Below, one piece after another: positions 30,636 to 41,320 of a stretch of 64,000 nucleotides of DNA (position 1 is its first letter; every line of letters begins with the position of its first letter). Below the pieces are notes generated by a model. That model did not search any database, was not told the DNA's origin, and worked only from the letters and a program-made list of their open reading frames with translations. Made by a program: the position numbers and the translations under genes. The stretch is from Methanobacteriota archaeon (GTDB taxonomy: Archaea > Thermoplasmatota > Poseidoniia > Poseidoniales > Thalassarchaeaceae): positions 18,022 to 82,021 of the forward strand of contig JAOMRN010000005.1 of NCBI GenBank assembly GCA_028355015.1, in the 5' to 3' direction.

Positions 30636-30893
30636 TTAGTTTGGATTTTCCACAAGAAAATCTATGAATTCTTTGACTTCTTGATATTTATCATCAGGAA
30701 TTTCTTTGTATGACTGTCCGAATTTACTTTTTACACATATTGCAACATGAGCATAGGGATTTCTTCCTTTTGGATGATTTCTTGAATTGGGTAATTTCCC
30801 TACTAATTTGTCTCCCGCCTCTTGGATATATGTCCATATTTTCTTAGAATTATTTTCATCCATGTATTTTTCTATCTCCGATAATATCTTCAC
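30636..30893 (-). CDS. Small hypothetical protein
   Basis: HPKGRNPYAHV motif-like segment; start probably at MDENNS. Confidence 0.55.
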   Translation of the reverse strand: MKILSEIEKYMDENNSKKIWTYIQEAGDKLVGKLPNSRNHPKGRNPYAHVAICVKSKFGQSYKEIPDDKYQEVKEFIDFLVENPN

Positions 30894-30951
30894 AATATCA
30901 ATTTGTTTACTAACTTTACCAATAACTAAGTTTTAGTAAAAAATATTGAGA

Positions 30952-31743
30952 TTATTGTATTGGAGCAGTCATACTCCAAGTCGTACTTGGTTTATGCCAA
31001 TCTCTTAATTGATCAGTTTCTAGACGTATCTGCAAGCCTTCGCCTTCCTCTACATTTAAATCTGAGATTTCAAACTGAACATTTTTTTCATTTGTTCTAA
31101 ATGTCCCATCAAAAATTATATTCTGATTTATTATGGCTCCGTCCTTTGTATATTCAATAATCACACGAAGATGACATTCTTGAAGTGGATTTCGTAGTGT
31201 ACATGATTCACTACTCCCATCATGCTCCACTGTTACAATGCCTTCGAAGGATAACAGTCCTTGAGGGGGTATCAAATCTACAATAGTTGATTTAGCAGTT
31301 GGAGCACATGCGCATTCCATATTATCTGATTCCACATAGCCAATCATTTCAACTGTAACTTCTAGTGTTGATAATTCAACTTTTTTAGATGAAGTCGATG
31401 TAGCAGTTACCGTATAATATCCAGGGTCATCATAGGTGTGCGATACCTCTTGACCAGTAGCGGAATTTCCATCTCCAAAATCCCAAAAGATAATTCCATT
31501 CGAATTTTGACTCTCAAAAATAAATTCATGTAATTTAGCAAAAATAACTTCTTCCTCATCATTATCCCCTTCATCAACCTCTATTAGTGTGTATTCATTA
31601 ACTCCATATACAGCCGGCGCCTCTATAGAAAATTGTTGGTTTGAAGAGGTTCCTACTGTTGAAAAAGTAGCAACAAGTGCTCCTCCAGTAGCTGTGAATA
31701 ATACTAACAATACAAGACTAAGGGTTGAAATAATTATCTTCAT
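30952..31743 (-). CDS. PKD domain protein
   Basis: WDFGDGNSATG..VSHTY..PG.YTVT; signal peptide. Confidence 0.75.
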   Translation of the reverse strand: MKIIISTLSLVLLVLFTATGGALVATFSTVGTSSNQQFSIEAPAVYGVNEYTLIEVDEGDNDEEEVIFAKLHEFIFESQNSNGIIFWDFGDGNSATGQEVSHTYDDPGYYTVTATSTSSKKVELSTLEVTVEMIGYVESDNMECACAPTAKSTIVDLIPPQGLLSFEGIVTVEHDGSSESCTLRNPLQECHLRVIIEYTKDGAIINQNIIFDGTFRTNEKNVQFEISDLNVEEGEGLQIRLETDQLRDWHKPSTTWSMTAPIQ

Positions 31744-31884
31744 GATTTTCGTGTAGTATCCGTACTTATCAACATCTGTTTCAATTACATGGATTTTATA
31801 GTTAAATATTTTGTGTACACTATCTATCACTTAGAATAAGGCTGTAGGAGAATTACTTATTTAGTTCGGAGTCTTAGGACGGAT

Positions 31885-34026
31885 ATGAAAAAAATTGCAG
31901 TTATCCTAACTCTTATATTTTTGACATCATTAATTTCAGGTTGTACTGGTAATGATTCAAGTACTGAGAAAGACGAAAGAATTTCTGAATTAGAATCTGA
32001 GTTATCAAATATAACTACTGAAGCAGAGGAACTTGCTGTAAATAATAATATCTTGCAACTAGCACTCATGGAAGCTCAGTCATCATTAGATATTTTAAAT
32101 GAAGATTATTCGAATCTATCATCTCAACTCGCCGTCTCAGAGTGGCATAAGAGTAATCTTACTTTCTCATTATCAGAAGCAATGGAATTATTGAATAATA
32201 GTGAAAATATTGAACTTATTTCATCATTAGAAACTCAAATTATAAATTTAACCTCGGAGCTTAATGAGACCATTGTTGTAATTATGGAATTAAATAGCCA
32301 AATTTTATTCCAGCAAGAACAAATAGATGAGTTAACAACAACAGTTACTGCCCTAGAAAGCACTATTAGTTCTCTTTCCTATAATATTCGTGAAAAAATT
32401 AGTAGCTGTCCGCTAGACAATCAAGGCAATGAAATCGCAGTTGGATTTGATGATGGTGACGGCGAATTAGTTGGTACCGAAGTGATCTACACTATAGGTG
32501 AATGTCCAGGTAATAGTGGCACAGTATCAAATATCCAAAACAATTCTGGAGGATACGGTAATGGAGATATGGTAACTATGGGTGGTAACTTGTATTTCGC
32601 AGCAGATGACGGGATACATGGATGGGAATTATGGCGTAGTGATGGAACAGTTGCAGGCACAAGTATGGTTATAGATCTAAGAGATGGAGATAATGGGGGT
32701 TCGATGGTAGTTTATTGCTGGAATAGTAATACTTGTCACTATCCAGAAATTGTTGCAGGTAATGATAAAATTTTCTTTACCGGCTTCAATGGTGAGCCAG
32801 GTACAGAAACCGCAGTCGAAGTTTTCGTGAGTGATGGTACCGAAGCAGGTACTAATATGGCTAAGCGACATTGGTGGAACTGGGATGTAGCTACGACTTC
32901 AGAAGAGGGTTGGAATTATTATCCTGGGCCTAGAAATCTATTGATTATTCCTGGTAATGGGTTTATTCCTGATAGAGTGGTTTACACAGCTCTTGATGTC
33001 CAGGGTGGTCAGGAGAATGGCGCTCACCCTCCTATTGGAGAAGAATTATGGATTTCTGATGGGACTGAACTAGGGACGACAATGTTGGCTAATATTCAAC
33101 CAGAAGATGAATCTTGGGAATCAGATGGCACAACTTATTGCTGTGGGGATTTCCAGGGAGGCGCTCCTTTGAATCTTCTAAAGAAAGGAAATGCAATATG
33201 GTTTACCGCTAATTCTTTAGATTATGGGAGAGAATTATACCGTTATGACTTAGCTGCTATAGGAGGGGGGCTATTTCTAGTCAGCGATATTCTGACTGGA
33301 AGTGAAAGTAGTAATCCAGAACATCTAACTGCAGGGGGCAATGGAGCTTATTTCTCTGCATTTGAGGAAGGTACCGGGAGAGAACTCTACCACAGCAGTG
33401 GAGATGCATTTTCAACATTTTTATTGAAAGATATTTGGCCTGGTATGAATAACAGTAGCGATCCTATGCAACTAACAAAATTTGGAAACTATTTGGTATT
33501 TACAGCAGATGATGGTCAGAATGGTCGCGAATTATGGATAACAGATAAAACCGAGCAAGGAACTTATATGGTTAAAAATATCAATACTAATGGTTCAAGT
33601 GATCCATATCAACTTCATGTATTAGATGGGATTTTATATTTCACTGCAGAAGATGAAAATCATGGTAGAGAACTATGGAAGAGTGACGGTACTGAAGTTG
33701 GTACAACCATAGTTAAGGACATCAATCCAGGGAATAATAGTAGCTATTATTGGGTAGAAGATTTTATCACAGGAGATTTATTCATAATTCATCAGGGAGA
33801 ATTATATTTCGGCTGTGATGACGGTACCCATGGTGTTGAAGTTTGTAGGAGTGATGGAACTTCTGAAGGCACAACATTAGCAGTTGATGCAACTCCTGGT
33901 GAAAATAGTAGTTGGCCTTTACATTTGACAAGTATGGGAGAGAAGGTATTTTTCACCGCTTATAATGATGAACAGGGTCGACAACTTTGGTATCTCTGGG
34001 ATAACCCTGGACCAGTTATTGGGTAA
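31885..34026 (+). CDS. Lipoprotein with coiled coil and ELWxxDGT repeats
   Basis: Lipobox ISGC; repeated G.ELW.SDGT..GT motifs. Confidence 0.85.
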   Translation: MKKIAVILTLIFLTSLISGCTGNDSSTEKDERISELESELSNITTEAEELAVNNNILQLALMEAQSSLDILNEDYSNLSSQLAVSEWHKSNLTFSLSEAMELLNNSENIELISSLETQIINLTSELNETIVVIMELNSQILFQQEQIDELTTTVTALESTISSLSYNIREKISSCPLDNQGNEIAVGFDDGDGELVGTEVIYTIGECPGNSGTVSNIQNNSGGYGNGDMVTMGGNLYFAADDGIHGWELWRSDGTVAGTSMVIDLRDGDNGGSMVVYCWNSNTCHYPEIVAGNDKIFFTGFNGEPGTETAVEVFVSDGTEAGTNMAKRHWWNWDVATTSEEGWNYYPGPRNLLIIPGNGFIPDRVVYTALDVQGGQENGAHPPIGEELWISDGTELGTTMLANIQPEDESWESDGTTYCCGDFQGGAPLNLLKKGNAIWFTANSLDYGRELYRYDLAAIGGGLFLVSDILTGSESSNPEHLTAGGNGAYFSAFEEGTGRELYHSSGDAFSTFLLKDIWPGMNNSSDPMQLTKFGNYLVFTADDGQNGRELWITDKTEQGTYMVKNINTNGSSDPYQLHVLDGILYFTAEDENHGRELWKSDGTEVGTTIVKDINPGNNSSYYWVEDFITGDLFIIHQGELYFGCDDGTHGVEVCRSDGTSEGTTLAVDATPGENSSWPLHLTSMGEKVFFTAYNDEQGRQLWYLWDNPGPVIG

Positions 34027-34081
34027 TTCAGTTTTCTGTTTAAAGCATCAGAATAATATACTTCCTAGTTTATGTAAAAAT

Positions 34082-34459
34082 ATGGAACCTACACTAGCAA
34101 TGCAAATAGTAGGTGGCGTAGCGCTACTTATCGGACTGAAAATGAATTTTGACCCCGTTGGATTCAATAAAGATATCTTTGGGGACGTTGAAGGGGTTGA
34201 CAGTAATCTGATGTCAGCTAGCAGGATGGCTATCGGAGGAGGAATTCTGGGTTTGGGGCTAATCAATTTATATTGTAGCCTCAATGTAGATGATACCGCG
34301 GCCAAAACTATCTTGACAGGTACAGCAATCGGTCTGTCAGCTTTTTTCCTAACAATTGCAGGTGCAAAATTCAGAGGCTACACGGATAGTATACCAACTC
34401 TTCCAATGATCGTACTACCGTCTATGGTAGTATTATGCCTTTACTCAGCGTTGATGTAA
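34082..34459 (+). CDS. Small 4-TM membrane protein
   Basis: Hydrophobic ORF from MEPTLAMQ. Confidence 0.6.
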   Translation: MEPTLAMQIVGGVALLIGLKMNFDPVGFNKDIFGDVEGVDSNLMSASRMAIGGGILGLGLINLYCSLNVDDTAAKTILTGTAIGLSAFFLTIAGAKFRGYTDSIPTLPMIVLPSMVVLCLYSALM

Positions 34460-34672
34460 GGGTCTAGGATTTTCCTGCTATCATGTATTGTTTCCACAAC
34501 CACAACCTGTTTCTTCACAGGATGGTTGCACACTCTTTTCAGTTTTTTGCTGTTTTTTAGACAACATCTTTCTCACTTTCCCTAATCCCTTAATACTACG
34601 ATTCGCCATGTTTGTTGGTAATTATTCTCATTAAATAATATTATGGTTCAATCCACTCAGTTAGTGTTGAGG

Positions 34673-35791
34673 CTAAGAGTAGTATTTTCTTTCATATTCG
34701 GTAGCAATATTATGGTCCCAGTATGCTAACTTTTCTGCCATTATTTTTTTGTACAAAAAAGGCGTTAGTAACACCAAATATAACATAGACAAATATCCGT
34801 AAGGCAATAACGGGGCATCTTTATGAATAGGATTTAGTTCCCAGAAATTTAATTTTGTAGATCGATGATGATCAGAATGCCTTGTTACATTACACAAGTA
34901 GATACTACTGAGAAAGTGGTTAGAGTTCCAAGAATGCCTCATTCCCACAGGTTTCCCCTTCTCGCGAACTAGTCCATAATGCTCGATGTAATTGATGGCT
35001 TCCAAGTATAATTTTGCAATGATTGCACACAGAAGAAAGACAGCCATTCCAATTGGGCCACCAAAAATAAACGCCAATAATGTAATTATTAAACTTCTTG
35101 AATATCCAATAATCATTCGATTATGTACACTCAAAAAATTATGTTTTCTTCGCTTTAGTCGTTCAGATTCAAGTCTCCAACCACTTAGCTGTTCAAGGGT
35201 ACTAGCTCGAATGATAAACAAATAGATATTTTCGCCTCTCTTAGCCGACGCAGGATCTTCTTCTAAACATACATCTTTGTGATGTCCATAGACATGTTCA
35301 ATCGCGAAGGTACAATCCCATGAAAACGCCAGCATCCAATTCCCGATGAACATATCTATTTTGTTTTGTTTCCGATGTGTCAATTCATGACCAGGGACTG
35401 TACCAAGTATGCCGATTAGTAGCGTGGTTTGCAAAATAATGGAAACTTTGTCTAACGAAGTAAACGAATCAACTATTTGGACAAAATCAATATTCAACAT
35501 GGAATATAACCATTCAATATACCAATTCGGTAACTCATTTGAAAAAATTGATATAACCAAGAAAATCAAGCAAAATAATATTGGTAAATTTATATAAATT
35601 GATAAATTTAAAAACACTGGGAAAGAAAATTGCTGAATTTCTTTGTCTCTAGGTAAAAGATAATCACCAATAAACAGAAATAATGACCAAGCAATAAAAA
35701 AATATGTCGGATAACCCCCTCCCTTTAAAATAAAAAAGATAAATAAAATTCCGGTCAAAGAAGGAATATAATATTTCAAATATTTCAGCAT
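34673..35791 (-). CDS. alkB: Alkane 1-monooxygenase (AlkB-family di-iron hydroxylase)
   Basis: His boxes HELTH, EHVYGHH, NYIEHYG, RHSDHH; HSWNS; P.LP.GY. Confidence 0.85.
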   Translation of the reverse strand: MLKYLKYYIPSLTGILFIFFILKGGGYPTYFFIAWSLFLFIGDYLLPRDKEIQQFSFPVFLNLSIYINLPILFCLIFLVISIFSNELPNWYIEWLYSMLNIDFVQIVDSFTSLDKVSIILQTTLLIGILGTVPGHELTHRKQNKIDMFIGNWMLAFSWDCTFAIEHVYGHHKDVCLEEDPASAKRGENIYLFIIRASTLEQLSGWRLESERLKRRKHNFLSVHNRMIIGYSRSLIITLLAFIFGGPIGMAVFLLCAIIAKLYLEAINYIEHYGLVREKGKPVGMRHSWNSNHFLSSIYLCNVTRHSDHHRSTKLNFWELNPIHKDAPLLPYGYLSMLYLVLLTPFLYKKIMAEKLAYWDHNIATEYERKYYS

Positions 35792-35982
35792 CTCTAATTT
35801 ATTGCCAAGTAGGACTTACATTTTAATTGAACCCATGTATTGAGTTAATTTTTAGTCTTGTAGTAAAAAATATATTCTTAGGATATATCATCATGATTTT
35901 CTGTTAATAGAAAATATTGCACTCTTGTTCAATAACAACTGAGAATACTACATAATGAAAACCAAAGTGACTTCGCCCAACC

Positions 35983-36660
35983 ATGAGCCAACGGGTGTGG
36001 TTGTATGCCGTAACCATTGTAATCGGACTTTGGATTTCTGCAACAGGCGCTGGAGAAAACCTTCCCGACAACATAGCCGAATGGCCCGTCAACGTATGGT
36101 GCTGGGCTGTCTTCACCACAATTTTCGTAATAACTGATCGAAAAGAGCGAATCGAGATGCTTGCAGTTGTGGCTTTAGCGACACCGATGGAGTTATTTTT
36201 CTCCGAAGTCTGGTTGATTTACGAATATCAACGAGATTTTATGCCTCTTTTCGTACCAGCGGGGCACTATTTTCTCTTTGACTTGGGCCGTCGAGGAGCA
36301 GCTCAAATAAGAGATAGCATAGTCATGATCGGCCTTCTACCATTCATTCCTTTGGTCGCTTATGGTGTATATACTGGAGGTGATACATCCGGTCTCGTGC
36401 TGCTTCTGCTAGTCCTTGGTTTTACTAAATGGGGGCCTCAGCCCCGCCTTTACGTTGTCATGGCTTGGGTGGCCTTGGCCATGGAACTTTGGGGAACCTA
36501 TCTTGGAAATTGGACGTGGGCCTCTGAAGTTCCGTGGACTGGTCTTACTGTATGGAACCCCCCCCTTCTCGTCGGCGCCTTCTATTGCTTTGGTGATTTG
36601 TTGGTTAACTTGTGTGTTGCCAAGTTTGAATCAGAACCACTTGAGACCCCATGTGATTGA
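35983..36660 (+). CDS. Hypothetical multi-TM membrane protein
   Basis: Hydrophobic 225-aa ORF; ELWGT.LG.W.W motif. Confidence 0.65.
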   Translation: MSQRVWLYAVTIVIGLWISATGAGENLPDNIAEWPVNVWCWAVFTTIFVITDRKERIEMLAVVALATPMELFFSEVWLIYEYQRDFMPLFVPAGHYFLFDLGRRGAAQIRDSIVMIGLLPFIPLVAYGVYTGGDTSGLVLLLLVLGFTKWGPQPRLYVVMAWVALAMELWGTYLGNWTWASEVPWTGLTVWNPPLLVGAFYCFGDLLVNLCVAKFESEPLETPCD

Positions 36661-36722
36661 GCCTAACCGACTCCATGAAATATCAGACTCTTGATTCTAA
36701 ATCAGAAATATTATCGATATTT

Positions 36723-38762
36723 TCAAAGATTAGGCTGAGAATCATCTATTATTGCCTCATCTTTCATACCCTTATTTCTATTCATGTATGTTGTCCAGCC
36801 AAGTAAAGTAAATATGCCAAAGAATGAGATCATGAGTGCATAGGAACCGAATGTCATTTCACCTGACATGCCTTCGCTAGAGTCAGTTTTTTCGTCAATC
36901 AATATAACTCTACGAGCGTCTACAGGGGACATTTGGTCATCACTAATGACTAACCTAGAGTACATTGTAGAGTTCCCAGATTCAATGTGAGGTTTCAATT
37001 TCAAATTCCAAGAAGACCAGTCACCGCTAGATGAAAGGTCTGTTGCTTGCTGCCAATCTCCTCCTCCGACCTTAATCTGTACGAATCCAACTCCAGAAAC
37101 CCCTCCTGATGAAATTCCAGAAATACTAGATTCATTACCTACATGTTGGAGTGTTTTAAGATCCATCGTGATATTCAGAGATGAGTCAATTGCCCCTGCT
37201 GATTGTACGAATAGAAGAGGATCTGCTTGCCCATATCCAAATTCATTATCTGGTCTTGATTCCAGAACACTGCAATCATTGAAGCCCGGATCATCAAGCA
37301 ACTGCAAGTCTCTTTCAATTGAGTCTGCACTGATAATGGCCTTGACTTGCTCGTGTGTAATATCAGGATTGGCTTCTACCATCAACGCGGCTATTCCAGC
37401 CATTAAAGGAGTGGCCATGCTGGTTCCAGACTTACTTGTATACCCATCCGAGGTTGCCGCATCTGGAGCCATGATGTTAGATCCTATGACTGATACGTCA
37501 GGTTTCACCCGACCGTCTGAAGTGTATCCCCTACTGGAGTATATTGCTAGGCCCAAATCTTTGTCAAGACTAGCCACAGTGATTGGAAGGTTTGCATCTC
37601 CTGGACTGTCTATGGTATTGCAACCAGCAAATGTAGCGCCACCAAACTCATTTCCTGCAGACAGAAAGGTAATGATTCCAGAAGCAGCCACGGCATCCAT
37701 TTGTTGGCTCCAAGCAGAAGAACCATCATTATCGAAATGTATCTCGAACTGTTGTTCTCCAAGAGAAGAGGTCAGTATGTCTATACCCTTAGAGTTCTTG
37801 TTCTCAATTGCCCACTCGGCACCTTCAATTATATCCTGTATGTCTCCATCACAACATGCTAAGATATTGATTACCCATGCTCCTGGAGCCACACCGATAT
37901 ACCTAGCACCATCTGCCGATACCTGTCCCCCACCTGTTCCAGCAGCGATTCCGGCTACATGAGAGCCATGAGTACCCGAGTCGTAAGACTCTTCAGCAGG
38001 TTGTTCTGAATCAGTTATCACAGCGTCGTAGAATGCTGATATTTTTAGGTCACAATCAATGACAATAGGATTAGGATTAAGTGGGTCTGGGTCCGGTTGT
38101 TCGCAACCTATTGTCAATTCATCATCCATGTCGTTGAGTCCTTCGTGATCTCCGCGTACCCCTGTATCAAGAACTGCAATTGTCACTCCGGTCCCGTCAT
38201 AGCCATATTGTGACCAAACTTGATCGACACCCATATTTGGAGCCGCTTCGTTCATATGTGTCTCTGCAAGTCCTAGGTCTTCCAACATGACAAGACCAGA
38301 TAATTGTAATAGAGGAGATTCAGAGTGTATAATATCTAAGGGAACGTTCGCTACCAAACTATCAAGATAGATTGGTCTCATTGTCACAGTTGCGCCAAGA
38401 TCTTCCAAAGCCTTGACATCGGCAGTCGACGGGTGATGGTCATAATCAACGAAAACTCTAGCATATCCAAGGTCAGCTCTCTTCCACCATTCTGAATACA
38501 CCTCAGAAGACTGAGTTAGCAACCAAGCGAGGCGATCATCTATCTTGTCTTGATTCGTGTCTCTTGACCAATCTTCCCACCATTCATCATGGATTTCTAG
38601 GGAATGTCTTGGCTGCCATTCTCCTGCTGCATCTAGCCCCCCTCTTTCATTATCAGGACTGATTTGTGATGCTGTTAACGGAATAATAAGCGTGGCCAGT
38701 ATCAACAGCGCAACAACCCGCGTAGAAGATTTCATCATATCTACGAAGAGGGTATCACTCAA
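36723..38762 (-). CDS. Secreted S8 subtilisin-family serine protease with C-terminal anchor
   Basis: VAVLDTG, HGSHVAG, SAGNE, SGTSMATP. Confidence 0.92.
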   Translation of the reverse strand: MSDTLFVDMMKSSTRVVALLILATLIIPLTASQISPDNERGGLDAAGEWQPRHSLEIHDEWWEDWSRDTNQDKIDDRLAWLLTQSSEVYSEWWKRADLGYARVFVDYDHHPSTADVKALEDLGATVTMRPIYLDSLVANVPLDIIHSESPLLQLSGLVMLEDLGLAETHMNEAAPNMGVDQVWSQYGYDGTGVTIAVLDTGVRGDHEGLNDMDDELTIGCEQPDPDPLNPNPIVIDCDLKISAFYDAVITDSEQPAEESYDSGTHGSHVAGIAAGTGGGQVSADGARYIGVAPGAWVINILACCDGDIQDIIEGAEWAIENKNSKGIDILTSSLGEQQFEIHFDNDGSSAWSQQMDAVAASGIITFLSAGNEFGGATFAGCNTIDSPGDANLPITVASLDKDLGLAIYSSRGYTSDGRVKPDVSVIGSNIMAPDAATSDGYTSKSGTSMATPLMAGIAALMVEANPDITHEQVKAIISADSIERDLQLLDDPGFNDCSVLESRPDNEFGYGQADPLLFVQSAGAIDSSLNITMDLKTLQHVGNESSISGISSGGVSGVGFVQIKVGGGDWQQATDLSSSGDWSSWNLKLKPHIESGNSTMYSRLVISDDQMSPVDARRVILIDEKTDSSEGMSGEMTFGSYALMISFFGIFTLLGWTTYMNRNKGMKDEAIIDDSQPNL

Positions 38763-38800
38763 GTCTCTTACGCTACCTTCTAGATGCGGGTATCCATTAC

Positions 38801-38878
38801 GGTAGCCTCTGAAAGGGCGGACTGCAAACCCATTAATTCAGAGGATGCTAACTCTTGGATCTATGCAAAAACCAATTG
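38801..38878 (+). repeat. Arm repeat, hybrid GG-TA-arm site (TA 38803-04)
   Basis: GGTAGCCTCTGAAAGGGCGGACTGCAAACCCATTAATTCAG...CTAACTCTTGGATCTATGCAAAAACC. Confidence 0.9.
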
Positions 38879-38970
38879 TTAAGACTGTTAATCGATTATA
38901 CTATGATTGATTATATAATGATGACGTAGCAAGACCACAATATGAAATAACAATCCCTTTTGGTAAAATT

Positions 38971-39717
38971 ATGGAAGGAGAGTTCGATGCTAGAAATTTC
39001 AACACTTTCGCGGCTTCTCGAAGATCCACTCGAGACTTTCTTCCAACTCCAGTTCCAGAGGGGTTAATCGAGGAAATTATCGCTGCCGGCCTGACTTCAC
39101 CGAGTTGGAGTAACACTCGTCCGTTCGTGGTAGCAGTAGCAGAAGGTGAGGTCAGAGATCGTTTATCTGCTGAATTTCTAAGTCGATTTGAGTTTGTCAA
39201 AACGGGACAAGGGGAGGGGTTTTTTGGAAAAATTAAGGCTCTAATTCGTAGGAAAGGGATACCCACGAGCAATTGGTTAGTTCTCAAAAAATATCACAAG
39301 GATTTACTGCCAAGATCCCAAAGAGTTGGTAAGGAATTATTCACTCAAATGGGAATTGATAGGGATGACAAAGATGCTAGGGATGGATTCTGGGCGAGGA
39401 ATTACGAATTCTTCGGCGCACCCGTGGAGTTGTTTTTGTTTACTCACAAAAGTCTGGGAAAGTTCGCAGCTTCTGATGCCGGGCTTTTTATGCAGAATCT
39501 AATGCTTTCAGCGCATTCGAAAGGATTGGGGACTTGCGCCCAAGGTTCCGTCGCAGTTTGGGAAGATGCGGTTCGAAAGGAGTTTGAAATTAGCAAAAAT
39601 TACTCCCTTCTTTGTGGGATATGTGTCGGATATCCAAGTCAGAGCGAAGTAAACAAATTTGAAGCGAACAGGATATCCCCCTTGGAGATAATGCTTCCAG
39701 AGAAGAATGAATCCTAA
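38971..39717 (+). CDS. Nitroreductase family protein
   Basis: SRRSTRDF, SPSWSNTRP, FFGAP, LMLSAHSKGLGTC.QG. Confidence 0.88.
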   Translation: MEGEFDARNFNTFAASRRSTRDFLPTPVPEGLIEEIIAAGLTSPSWSNTRPFVVAVAEGEVRDRLSAEFLSRFEFVKTGQGEGFFGKIKALIRRKGIPTSNWLVLKKYHKDLLPRSQRVGKELFTQMGIDRDDKDARDGFWARNYEFFGAPVELFLFTHKSLGKFAASDAGLFMQNLMLSAHSKGLGTCAQGSVAVWEDAVRKEFEISKNYSLLCGICVGYPSQSEVNKFEANRISPLEIMLPEKNES

Positions 39718-39730
39718 TCGGTACCCTTTG
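39716..39730. repeat. Short GG-TA-CC palindromic site
   Basis: aatcGGTACCCTTTG directly after the nitroreductase stop. Confidence 0.55.
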
Positions 39731-39769
39731 TTACGTATGTATCATAGAGGGTAGACCTTTACGACAAAC

Positions 39770-40255
39770 ATGCCTTTCGATGATTTTCAGAAACATTGTA
39801 AAAAATGTAAAAAGGGAAAACCATGTAAACAATACCATATTTACGTACTAACAGTAGATCCTAGATTGAAGGTAGGAAAAAGAAAGAAGAAAGTTCGATT
39901 TAGAGAAATTAATCCTGATACTCACCAAGACGGTAAGCCAGTATATGTAGGGAAATGTGAATGTACTCCGAGATGTAGACAGAGTAAGCATAGAAACCAC
40001 AATCCGCATAAAAAGACCAAGTGGAATTGTTACTGTGGAAAATATGAGCCTACTAATATCTATAAGAAGTTCAGAGATGACCCTACATCAATACATGACT
40101 TTCTTAAGGGAGGTTATGGTTATCTCCAACCCAAATTATTCAAACATCTGAACCCATTTAATACTTCAGAGGAAGCAATTAAGGCCGAAGGAAAATTAGC
40201 TACTCAACTTAGAAAAGAGGGATATGCAGTATGGGCAGGACATCATGATGATTGA
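39770..40255 (+). CDS. Cys-rich GIY-YIG-like protein
   Basis: HIYVL...PVYVG...R...H...A..AE..LA..LR..GY pattern of minimal GIY-YIG nucleases. Confidence 0.5.
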   Translation: MPFDDFQKHCKKCKKGKPCKQYHIYVLTVDPRLKVGKRKKKVRFREINPDTHQDGKPVYVGKCECTPRCRQSKHRNHNPHKKTKWNCYCGKYEPTNIYKKFRDDPTSIHDFLKGGYGYLQPKLFKHLNPFNTSEEAIKAEGKLATQLRKEGYAVWAGHHDD

Positions 40256-40525
40256 ATATCATCATCTTCGCTAGGGATTGTAACGCCCCTATCATTAAGG
40301 CTAACGCCCTCTATGAAATTTCATGCTCCGTCCCTTCTTCTTCGTTGAATGGTTAGAGATGTGTTGTCTCTGGGTTGTGATTATCTTGGTCTCATCCTAC
40401 ATTATCAAGAATCTATTTTTTGATGAAAATATGGATTGATCAAGAAATTATCCTTGCGTACACTAGGCTATGGAACATGTCGGATACATCATAGAGGGAT
40501 GTATGAAAGGCGAATACCCTTTGCG

Positions 40526-40987
40526 ATGAACATGGATGATGATAAATTGTTAACTTCATCTGAAGATTCGAAATATACATTAGAATATATTTTTGGAATT
40601 TTTTGCCTCTTACTACTACTTCCGACTGCAATATTAGCTTTCGGAGAATATATAGATATTATTGATTACTTCGAATATGGAGGGGATACCACTGATATTA
40701 TTAGTTGGATATTGTATACAGCAACAATTTTTTCTATATTGCTTATCTCTGGTTTAAAATTCACTGGTAATATTAAATCAAATACTGTAAGAGTCGGTTC
40801 TGGAATTTTTATTATTCTGTTATCTATAATTAATCTTATTTCTAGAATCTCAGACTTTGATGAAGAAATGAAAAATATAGGATTCGATGAATCTTGGTTA
40901 GAATTTCTCTATTGGTCAAGCAATCATGAAACATTAGAATTGGTATTTCTCGGTATAATAATAGGATTCTTTATACTCAAAAGATAA
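40526..40987 (+). CDS. Hypothetical membrane protein
   Basis: 4 hydrophobic segments; very AT-rich. Confidence 0.6.
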   Translation: MNMDDDKLLTSSEDSKYTLEYIFGIFCLLLLLPTAILAFGEYIDIIDYFEYGGDTTDIISWILYTATIFSILLISGLKFTGNIKSNTVRVGSGIFIILLSIINLISRISDFDEEMKNIGFDESWLEFLYWSSNHETLELVFLGIIIGFFILKR

Positions 40988-41019
40988 TAATATATTTTTA
41001 CATTCAATCAAAACTTAAC

Positions 41020-41095
41020 GGTAGCCTCTGAAAGGGCGGATAGATAACCGATAAGTTCAGTGAAAATAGCAATGGGCTCGAGCAAAAACCCAATG
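41020..41095 (+). repeat. Arm repeat, hybrid GG-TA-arm site (TA 41022-23)
   Basis: GGTAGCCTCTGAAAGGGCGGATAGATAACCGATAAGTTCAG...CAATGGGCTCGAGCAAAAACCCAATG. Confidence 0.9.
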
Positions 41096-41320
41096 TTTTA
41101 CTCATAAAACTCTTAATCCATACTTAGTTCATATTACTCTACATCGCAGGTAAATGTATGCGTATCATAGCACCAATGATGATTTTGATAATGATGACCT
41201 CAACTTTAATCCGAATTAAAAATGCAAATATCTCGTAAGATACCAATTTTCATATGTAAAATACAAAATATTCTTTGTATATAGATAAATTTATATCAAA
41301 ATTTACATCCCACTACAAAC

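Noticed and set aside
37168-37962. 264-aa plus-strand ORF
   Set aside because: Antisense shadow of the S8 protease.
38801-38878. Arm as a hammerhead or other ribozyme (CTGA/GAAA words)
   Set aside because: No CUGANGA core or consistent covarying stems; the shared-TA junction geometry points to a DNA site. Not formally excluded.
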